Shown: positions 19,118 through 25,733 of the stretch, piece by piece | How the letters are laid out: each line of letters opens with the position of its first letter | Position numbering within the stretch: position 1 is the stretch's first letter | IMG/VR virus record: IMGVR_UViG_3300028591_000071 | Length of the DNA: 64,000 nt | Strand: one strand, 5' to 3' | Source of the DNA: a virus | Lineage: Duplodnaviria > Caudoviricetes | Translations under genes and position numbers: made by a program | The notes under the pieces: model-generated | Databases searched by the model: none | The model's input: the letters and a program-made list of their open reading frames with translations, nothing else | What the model was told of the DNA's origin: nothing

Positions 19118-19202
19118 CTCGGGGTCGGGATTAAACAAGGAATTTCGCTACCTTATTAACGGACCGTGAGTAGAGGGATGGGAGTGATGAACCTGTCCCT
19201 CG
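19118..19202 (-). ncRNA. small RNA containing 23S rRNA 1926-1946 sequence
   Basis: TAAGGTAGCGAAATTCCTTGT at 19155-19135, flanked by CGGTCC and CCGACC. Confidence 0.7.
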
Positions 19203-19209
19203 TTTTTTG

Positions 19210-19284
19210 TTGCGTAGGTGAGATTTGAACTCACGACCCCGAGGATATGAATCTCGTGCTCTACAACCACTGAGCTACTACGCA
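19210..19284 (-). tRNA. tRNA(CAT) Met/Ile2
   Basis: Cloverleaf, loop TTCATAT. Confidence 0.88.
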
Positions 19285-19300
19285 ATATTCAAAGAACTTT

Positions 19301-19380
19301 TGGCATATAGACAGGACTCGAACCTGCGTGGGCTGTTCCTACCCGAACCCGACATATGTGTGCACTTACATCCTATATGC
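19301..19380 (-). ncRNA. degenerate tRNA-like RNA
   Basis: GCATATAG/CTATATGC stem and T arm, no canonical anticodon arm. Confidence 0.5.
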
Positions 19381-19384
19381 TTTG

Positions 19385-19460
19385 TGGTCTGCCTGAGACT
19401 CGAACTCAGAACCTCCTGTGTATCAGACAGGTGCTCTCAAACCAATTGAGCTAACAGACC
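19385..19460 (-). tRNA. tRNA-Ile(GAT)
   Basis: CCTGT-CTGATAC-ACAGG. Confidence 0.93.
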
Positions 19461-19465
19461 ATATT

Positions 19466-19540
19466 TGGAGCGGGTAAGCAGAATCGAACTGCCATCCCCA
19501 GCATGGCAAGCTGGTGCACTAACCGTTGTGCTATACCCGC
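19466..19540 (-). tRNA. tRNA-Gly(GCC)
   Basis: CCAGC-TTGCCAT-GCTGG, encoded CCA. Confidence 0.95.
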
Positions 19541-19545
19541 ATATT

Positions 19546-19845
19546 TCAATAGACATCCGTCTCAATCACAAACCTCTTCTCCCTCTTTCCTCTGAACGGG
19601 CCGTCTTTGGTGTGTACCGTTTCAATTCCATAGAGAATGCTTCCCTTGAAAATCCACCCGTACTCATACATTTCGCCCGTTATATCAACGGAGTGAAAAG
19701 AATCTTCGCCTTCAAGACGCTTTTGTCCTTCAATGCAATCGTCAATGAACTTCTTTGCCTTATCAAGGCTGTCAAATGTCTCAATGCCGTTCTGATGGTG
19801 GCCATCCCCATCAAGGCTTTGAATGATAACTGTGTAAATTTTCAT
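19546..19845 (-). CDS. hypothetical protein
   Basis: ORF filling the gap between tRNAs. Confidence 0.7.
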   Translation of the reverse strand: MKIYTVIIQSLDGDGHHQNGIETFDSLDKAKKFIDDCIEGQKRLEGEDSFHSVDITGEMYEYGWIFKGSILYGIETVHTKDGPFRGKREKRFVIETDVY

Positions 19846-19857
19846 ATCTTCAAAATT

Positions 19858-20160
19858 TTAACGGCTCATTCTCTTTTCCTGCCATTCCAAGAACTCGGAG
19901 AATAAAACTATTTTCCTTACAACGTCCCCGACGCTTCTCAGAATAAACAATTCGATGAAGTCTTCGTCAAACTCGTCGTACTGCGGCTCCCACTCAGCAT
20001 CACGAAAATGCAGTTTCGCACCAACTAACTCGTCCCATAATGATTCCCACTGTTTTGTTCTCTTCAAATACAATTCGAACATTACATAAAGAAAGTGTGC
20101 GTCCTCCATCCTTTCGGACCATTTTTCTTTTTCAGTCTTTTCCATTTCCAAAATTTTCAA
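19858..20160 (-). CDS. hypothetical protein
   Basis: ORF; start uncertain (20160 or 20145). Confidence 0.65.
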   Translation of the reverse strand: MKILEMEKTEKEKWSERMEDAHFLYVMFELYLKRTKQWESLWDELVGAKLHFRDAEWEPQYDEFDEDFIELFILRSVGDVVRKIVLFSEFLEWQEKRMSR

Positions 20161-20199
20161 ATTCCGATATATTATCTACAAATATCGTACCAAACTTTG

Positions 20200-20358
20200 T
20201 GGGAGCGGGAGGACTCGAACCTCCGAAGGCCGAAGCCGAGGGATTGTGGGTATAGGAATGTACGATACTCCGAAACTTCCTTTATTTATACCCAATCAAT
20301 TTGTACAGTTTTATTCTGTTATTACAGTCCCTTGCAATTGCCACTATGCGACGCTCCC
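20200..20358 (-). tRNA. tRNA-Tyr(GTA) with 77-nt insert (20246-20322)
   Basis: Exons join as AGGGA-CTGTA^AA-TCCCT, long variable arm. Confidence 0.88.
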
Positions 20359-20375
20359 ATATATTATTCTATTTT

Positions 20376-20693
20376 TTACCCTTCATTAACTCTCTTAATC
20401 TTCTTCTTCAATTCTTCAATATCCTTCTTAATCTCGTCAATAAGGTCTTCGTCAGCACCTTCTTCGTGAAGCATGCTAAGTACCTTGCTGAGACCGAGAA
20501 ATTCACCCTTCAATATCTCCTCAACCTCCCCGTCGGAAGATACCATCTCGTTATTCATCAGTCGCTCGATATCGCGTTTCTTATCCTCGAACGCCGCCCT
20601 CATCTTATGAAGTTCATGTATCTTCGCCTCCTTGTAGGCAGCATAACACCCTGCCACCATGCAAATCAAAAATCCTATCAATATCCAAATCAT
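20376..20693 (-). CDS. membrane-anchored coiled-coil protein
   Basis: N-terminal TM segment, charged helix. Confidence 0.7.
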   Translation of the reverse strand: MIWILIGFLICMVAGCYAAYKEAKIHELHKMRAAFEDKKRDIERLMNNEMVSSDGEVEEILKGEFLGLSKVLSMLHEEGADEDLIDEIKKDIEELKKKIKRVNEG

Positions 20694-20696
20694 AAT

Positions 20697-21488
20697 TTAA
20701 TAATTCAATTTTATTCTTTCAAGTTCACTGTCGTCCATCACCCTTATCGCCGAACTTGGTATCGGTTCAAACGTAAAGATAGAATTTTTCCATCTTGCAT
20801 CAAAGAAGAACGACTGCTTCTTGTTTAACTTATTTAAATCAACTTCCACCACAACCGGCGGAGCGTTATCACCTTTCATTAAGTTCAGGTCATATGCTTG
20901 TTCCTTGGACGGGATATCTGCCCTGAAATAAATCCTCGGCTCATTATCAAACCCGGGTGTCTTTGATTTCTTCGGCACTAACCCCTGACCCAATATTTTT
21001 TTCTTCAGTCTTGACGATGTTACGTGATAAATCTTATCTGTCATATTGAGAAGTTGCCCAACAGTAAACCTGTCACCAAACTTCTTTTCAAACATATATT
21101 CAATATTATCGCCATTGCCATCTGTTCTGTAATTAAACCAACCATATTTCAGCATATGTGCGTTTATCTTGTCAAACAACTCGCTTCCCCTTGGTAATGT
21201 AACCACTATAATTTCGCCAGTCCCGTTTGGCTTTGATATCCTTATATTGCCGTTCGGTTCATTTTCCTTTCCTCGCATAGAATCAATCGTATCCTTCCAT
21301 TTCCCGTTTATCGAAAGCCCGTTATGCTCTGCTATGGAATCTATAACCGATTCTGTCGGGTAGGTAGTTATTAACCCTTCTTTTATCAGCAATGGCCTTT
21401 TTTCAACCATCACATCGAAAAGAGTGTGGGATGTTACATTCTCCCCTATTCTCTCCATAAGGGAAAGTATTTTGTATAACTCATCCAT
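20697..21488 (-). CDS. protein with C-terminal ADP-ribosyltransferase/Tpt1-like domain
   Basis: IYHVT...KILGQGLVP...RIYF...VEVD...FFFD...IPSSAI pattern. Confidence 0.6.
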   Translation of the reverse strand: MDELYKILSLMERIGENVTSHTLFDVMVEKRPLLIKEGLITTYPTESVIDSIAEHNGLSINGKWKDTIDSMRGKENEPNGNIRISKPNGTGEIIVVTLPRGSELFDKINAHMLKYGWFNYRTDGNGDNIEYMFEKKFGDRFTVGQLLNMTDKIYHVTSSRLKKKILGQGLVPKKSKTPGFDNEPRIYFRADIPSKEQAYDLNLMKGDNAPPVVVEVDLNKLNKKQSFFFDARWKNSIFTFEPIPSSAIRVMDDSELERIKLNY

Positions 21489-21501
21489 TTCCTATAATTT
21501 G

Positions 21502-21573
21502 TAGCCCCAATGCGACTCGAACGCATATTGTAGGTTTAGGAAACCTAAGTTCTATCCCTTGAACTATGGGACC
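21502..21573 (-). tRNA. tRNA-Arg(CCT)
   Basis: TAGGT-TTCCTAA-ACCTA. Confidence 0.93.
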
Positions 21574-21676
21574 ATATCATTCAGCAACAGTTTACACTTA
21601 GCTTATCGGCAACGCCCTTCTCCTGTCCGGGACTTACTCGCCTTGCGTGTCGTTAATACGCATATCGCTGAATTTG

Positions 21677-21751
21677 AGCCCTCGGTCGGATTCGAACCAA
21701 CACCTCTGCCATACCACAGCAGCGTACTCAGCCATTAAATACTACGAGGGC
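21677..21751 (-). tRNA. tRNA-Thr(GGT)
   Basis: CTGCT-GTGGTAT-GGCAG (G32). Confidence 0.85.
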
Positions 21752-21757
21752 TTCTCG

Positions 21758-21828
21758 TTGAAGGCAGAGGAATCGAACCTCTATTCTGGGAACCAAAATC
21801 CCATGTCTTACCTTTAGACGAGCCTTCA
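21758..21828 (-). tRNA. tRNA-Gln(TTG)
   Basis: TGGGA-TTTTGGT-TCCCA. Confidence 0.92.
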
Positions 21829-21836
21829 ATACCTTG

Positions 21837-21958
21837 CAGGAATAGCGGGATTCGAGCCCGCGAGTGGTGATTAACTCCACATCCTTCCGTCAGCATGACA
21901 TCTGAGCCTTTATGCGCAATATTATGCTCAGCCGCTATTATATCTATCCCTTATTCCA
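21837..21958 (-). ncRNA. tRNA-like RNA (acceptor + T arm, non-canonical core)
   Basis: GGAATA/TATTCC, GCGGG-CTCGAAT-CCCGC. Confidence 0.45.
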
Positions 21959-22001
21959 ACGGATTCCAACCGTATATCGGTAATCACTTCCGATATTAGC
22001 G

Positions 22002-22075
22002 TACCTCGGATGCGATTCGAACGCATGACCTACAGATTAGAAGTCTGTTGCACTATCCAGCTGCGCTACCGAGGC
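22002..22075 (-). tRNA. tRNA-Arg(TCT)
   Basis: ACAGA-CTTCTAA-TCTGT. Confidence 0.95.
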
Positions 22076-22079
22076 ATAA

Positions 22080-22511
22080 ATAACCTATTATGTGCTTTTA
22101 CGCTTAATGCTCCAACGGCGGTTTCACAGACATTCCAGTGAATCAATTAACCTAGCGTTGATTCCGCGCCCATCATCCTCATGAATGGTACGCCATGGCT
22201 ATCGAGTAGCCACTTAAGGTTAAGTGCTCGTTCCTCCCGTACTGGGGCACCTTATCTGTCTTACCTGTCTCCGACTCCCATAATATCCTTCACGAAACCG
22301 AGGAACGGCGGGCATTTCAGCCCGTCCTTTAAAACGGCCCATCCGGTATTGGTGCTTATGACTCCGTGCGGCGTCGCATGGCGTGTAGGTTCACTACCAT
22401 ACTGTGTTCTTGAGACCACCACTATTCGCCGCGTGTACCTGTCGGCATAGTCTCTTCCGCTCGCAACTCCTTAGCTGATGGCTGCTTCCAAGCCTACAGT
22501 TAATAGGTTAT
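22080..22511 (-). ncRNA. 23S rRNA factor-binding-centre mimic RNA (GAC + sarcin-ricin loop)
   Basis: 11-bp terminal stem; TGTAGGCTTGGAAGCAGCCATC, AAGCGTAAAAGC, CAGTACGGGAGGAAC. Confidence 0.8.
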
Positions 22512-22519
22512 AAAATATT

Positions 22520-22557
22520 TCAATGAACTTCTTTTTATACTTCAAATATCGTGCCAA
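22520..22557 (-). promoter_or_regulatory. sigma54-like motif followed by boxA-like AGTTCATTGA
   Basis: Directly upstream of the rRNA-mimic RNA. Confidence 0.55.
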
Positions 22558-22572
22558 CACACACAAATTTTG

Positions 22573-22647
22573 TGGCCCCGACGGGACTCGAACCCGTAAC
22601 CCACTGTTTAAGAGACAGTTGCGCTCAACCAATTGCGCCACAAGGCC
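22573..22647 (-). tRNA. tRNA-Lys(CTT)
   Basis: ACTGT-CTCTTAA-ACAGT. Confidence 0.95.
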
Positions 22648-22654
22648 ATATTTG

Positions 22655-22775
22655 TTGATGGCTACGGATTCGAACCGCCCCCCGTTCTCCATAAGAAATA
22701 GCGAATAAATTGCTGTCTGTTTCCATGTCTGTAAACGGTTTTTGCATTCGTGTGCTACCACTACACTAACCATCA
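22655..22775 (-). ncRNA. tRNA scaffold with hairpin+ACAGCAA insert
   Basis: TGATGGT/GCCATCA, D and T arms, insert GTTTACAGACATGGAAACAGACAGCAA. Confidence 0.7.
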
Positions 22776-22787
22776 AATTTCAAGTCG

Positions 22788-22916
22788 TTGCGAGTGAAAG
22801 AGTCGAACTTCCCCTAGTCCCTTATGATGGAGTTTTTGCTTGTAAAATTTGCTGTATAATCTCCTACTCGGAAATCGGATGCATTTTTTACCGTGCTACC
22901 GCTACACTAACTCGCA
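22788..22916 (-). ncRNA. tRNA scaffold with hairpin+ACAGCAA insert (CAT loop remnant)
   Basis: TGCGAGT/ACTCGCA, D and T arms, GATTTCC-GAGTA-GGAGATT-ATACAGCAA. Confidence 0.7.
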
Positions 22917-22926
22917 ATATTTTTTG

Positions 22927-23000
22927 TACCCTCGAAGGGACTCGAACCCCCAACCTCTTGGTTCGTAGCCAAGTGCTCTAATCCATTGAGCTACGAGAGC
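22927..23000 (-). tRNA. tRNA-Arg(ACG)
   Basis: CTTGG-CTACGAA-CCAAG. Confidence 0.95.
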
Positions 23001-23096
23001 ATTTTGACAGGCGAAGCTAACCTGTCCACGGATTCCCTACAGGCGCCCGGGTTCCGCAATGGAGATGTTCACGCCCCTTCATCATCCAATTAAAGC

Positions 23097-23420
23097 TTAC
23101 TTTTTCATTTTCCTATAATATTCATCGTCAATCCTTTCGATATAATCCAACGGTGATTCCCCTTCCTTGAGGGTGTGAATCTTGTCAAATCCCGCATCTT
23201 CTGTTATCATCGACTCTTCAGGTCTGATGCTTCCCTTGTACTTCCCGTAGTTGGATGTCTCAAATGACTTTGTCGCAGGATTGTAATCTCCCCAACTTGT
23301 CTTTTCCTTTCCATCTATGGGTTCAACAAAATAAGTCTTTCCCGTTTTCGACGACTTGACGATGAATCTTCCTGTATCATCTCGGTTCATTAAGAACCGC
23401 TTTGTAAAATCTTTATCCAT
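23097..23420 (-). CDS. hypothetical phage protein
   Basis: ORF, TGRFIV..TGKTYFVEPI..WGD motif. Confidence 0.8.
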   Translation of the reverse strand: MDKDFTKRFLMNRDDTGRFIVKSSKTGKTYFVEPIDGKEKTSWGDYNPATKSFETSNYGKYKGSIRPEESMITEDAGFDKIHTLKEGESPLDYIERIDDEYYRKMKK

Positions 23421-23422
23421 AG

Positions 23423-23597
23423 TGACCCCTGCGGGGCTCGAACCCGCGACCCCGACATTAGAACCGTTAACGGGACTTGCACCCGTGCCTCACCTGTTTC
23501 CCAAGTGTTTCCCACTGCTCGAATTCTAACGGTTTGGTTCGTTACGGTGAACCACTCCTTATAAAGTGTCGTGCTCTACCAACTGAGCTAAGAGGTC
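23423..23597 (-). tRNA. tRNA-Lys(TTT) with 102-nt insert (23461-23562)
   Basis: Exons join as CGACA-CTTT^TAA-TGTCG. Confidence 0.85.
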
Positions 23598-23602
23598 TTT
23601 CC

Positions 23603-24298
23603 TTATTTTTTAATACCGTATCTTTTTATCCACTTATCAACTGTATGGTACGAAACCCCAAAAATTTTAGCAATCTTATTAACAGATTCTGTTTCCATCA
23701 TTTCCAATAAATCTTTCTTCTGCGGGGGCTCTATCTTCCTCTGTTTTTTTCTAGCACAAGAAGCACAAAGACCGCTTTTTGACCACCTACTGATTTCTTT
23801 ACCACACTCAGTACATTTTTTAGTTGTTTTCTTTTTGATTTTTTTACCTCTATAATTTTCTGTTTTTGCGTGGCAATTTGGACAAAGTAGCGCTAGGTTT
23901 GATAAATCGTTATTGAAATGGTTTCCATCTTTATGGTGCAATTCTAATGGTATCTTGTCGCCCATCCATTCCGTATTTTTACAGCACTCACACTTCCATT
24001 CCTTTAAATTTTCCTTTATTAATTTTCCTAATAAAGTAGAACTTTTAACATAAGAATTTTTAACATATTCATCAAAAGTTTTTTCTTTGTTGGTGTTCAA
24101 ACGATTACCAATGTTACTTTTGATGCCATCAAAATGTGAAGTGTCTAGGTTATATTCCTTTTCATATTTATGAAAAATCTTATAATTGTCACCTCTCGGA
24201 ACCCACCCAACTGCACGACAAAAATCAGCAATTGACTTACATTTCTTTACTATCTCCGTTGCTTCTTCTTTACTTATCTTGTTTTTCCTCGCATACAT
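23603..24298 (-). CDS. HNH homing endonuclease with zinc fingers and C-terminal HTH
   Basis: CECC..LELHHKDGNHFNN..NL..LCPNCH. Confidence 0.92.
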   Translation of the reverse strand: MYARKNKISKEEATEIVKKCKSIADFCRAVGWVPRGDNYKIFHKYEKEYNLDTSHFDGIKSNIGNRLNTNKEKTFDEYVKNSYVKSSTLLGKLIKENLKEWKCECCKNTEWMGDKIPLELHHKDGNHFNNDLSNLALLCPNCHAKTENYRGKKIKKKTTKKCTECGKEISRWSKSGLCASCARKKQRKIEPPQKKDLLEMMETESVNKIAKIFGVSYHTVDKWIKRYGIKK

Positions 24299-24373
24299 AA
24301 CTACATATATTTTATATATAAATAGTTGTTTTAAACCAAAAAGTAAACATTTTTATTTCAAAGAACTATTTTG

Positions 24374-24445
24374 TGCTCCCATCCAGACTCGAACTGGAAC
24401 CCCTGGATTAAAAGTCCAGTTGACTAACCTTTATCCTATGAGAGC
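24374..24445 (-). tRNA. tRNA-Lys(TTT), uninterrupted
   Basis: CTGGA-CTTTTAA-TCCAG. Confidence 0.9.
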
Positions 24446-24719
24446 TTTACCGACACCATATAATGGTTTAATTTAATTACCTATAGCCAAATGGTGTCTA
24501 TTTGTTGGCTCTCACATTTAAGAGTCAACTATTAATGCTTTTGTTTACCGTGTTTCATCGTCTTCATATATCTTAATAAATTTGTTTTCGCACTACTGCT
24601 TCTGTTAAAGATGAAGTCAGCAAGATTCTTTGCAAATATACGAACTTATTTTCAAATTCCAAAATATCTACTTTTCTTTAGATATTCGTCAATTATCTAA
24701 TATATGCTCGATAATTTTG

Positions 24720-24792
24720 TGGTGCGGGGCAGAGTTGAACTGCCGACACTTAGATTTTCAGTCTAATGCTCTACCAGCTGAGCTACCGCACC
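24720..24792 (-). tRNA. tRNA-Phe(GAA)
   Basis: TTAGA-CTGAAAA-TCTAA. Confidence 0.95.
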
Positions 24793-24797
24793 ATATT

Positions 24798-24983
24798 TCA
24801 TTCTTGGAACGGGGTCTTTTGACCCTTCATATACGCCCTGTAATACAACCTTTGTGTGCCCGTGATATTTTCATACCACTCGTCAAAGTATTTGTAATAC
24901 TTTTTTAATACATTGTACCTAAATTCGTTCCAAAGGTACTCTTTCAATAAATCGTTATGCCCCGCTTTCCATATTACTATCAT
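24798..24983 (-). CDS. small hypothetical protein
   Basis: ORF filling a tRNA spacer. Confidence 0.55.
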   Translation of the reverse strand: MIVIWKAGHNDLLKEYLWNEFRYNVLKKYYKYFDEWYENITGTQRLYYRAYMKGQKTPFQE

Positions 24984-24994
24984 TTATAAATTTG

Positions 24995-25068
24995 AGTATG
25001 TGGCAGGATTCGAACCTGCGAATGGAGGGGTTGCGGCCCTCTGCGTTAGACCACTTCACCACACATAC
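24995..25068 (-). tRNA. tRNA-Cys(GCA)
   Basis: GAGGG-CCGCAAC-CCCTC (C33), U73. Confidence 0.9.
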
Positions 25069-25086
25069 ATATTTCAATGAACTAAA

Positions 25087-25161
25087 TGGCAGGAGTAGAA
25101 AGACTCGAACTCTCATCAAAGGTTTTGGAGACCCTTATGCTAACCATTACACCATACTCCT
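25087..25161 (-). tRNA. tRNA-Trp(CCA)
   Basis: Loop CTCCAAA, G73, encoded CCA. Confidence 0.93.
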
Positions 25162-25166
25162 ATTTG

Positions 25167-25242
25167 CGGGGACAACCGGTTTCGAACCGATGCCTTCTGC
25201 TCTTCAGGCAGACGCGCAACCACCAACCTACGCAATATCCCC
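25167..25242 (-). tRNA. second tRNA(GAA) Phe-like, atypical (G37, G73)
   Basis: TCTGC-CTGAAGA-GCAGA. Confidence 0.75.
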
Positions 25243-25249
25243 AATTTTG

Positions 25250-25325
25250 CTTGTGGTGGATGAATCGAACATCCGTCTCCATGTGTCTTTCGACTAAGCG
25301 TCCTGTACCACTAGACGACCCACAA
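25250..25325 (-). ncRNA. anticodon-less tRNA-like RNA
   Basis: Acceptor, D and T arms; GTC-GAAA-GAC in place of the anticodon loop. Confidence 0.55.
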
Positions 25326-25365
25326 GTTTTGACAGTTTTTGGCATGCCACTGACAAACCGACAGG

Positions 25366-25441
25366 TACTGGGGACGGGACTCGAACCCGCATTTACCGAC
25401 TTGAAAGGCCGATTACCTCAATCCAATTAGTAGACCCCAGC
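25366..25441 (-). tRNA. tRNA-Glu(TTC), second copy
   Basis: TCGGC-CTTTCAA-GTCGG. Confidence 0.9.
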
Positions 25442-25629
25442 ATTTTATATTTCAATCAACTCTTCAAAAACCATGCCAAACTAAAAACTGGTCCCTACCA
25501 TTCGCCAGTGGTCATTGCAGGCCAACTCTTGTTCCCAGAGTGCATTGCAGCACTAACATATCTTTGCAGACTTTTCGGGACCTGTTTATTACGGTTCTTA
25601 TATATCAAATATCGTGCCAAACTTAAAAT

Positions 25630-25676
25630 AAAAAAACCTCTGATTTTGTTTTTGATTGGGAAACTTGTCAGAGGTT
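25630..25676 (-). terminator. attenuator terminator
   Basis: AACCTCTGA/TCAGAGGTT stem running into a U7 tract. Confidence 0.7.
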
Positions 25677-25733
25677 GGGAATATGTTGTGGTTAGAAACC
25701 TATGTGGTGCGTTTTAATCGTCCTGCTACTCGC

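Noticed and set aside
19118-22511. True rRNA gene or assembly contamination
   Set aside because: Matches are short, non-colinear with 23S, closed by new helices and embedded among phage tRNAs
25366-25441. Opal/Sec tRNA(TCA)
   Set aside because: Stem register gives loop CT-TTC-AA, i.e. Glu
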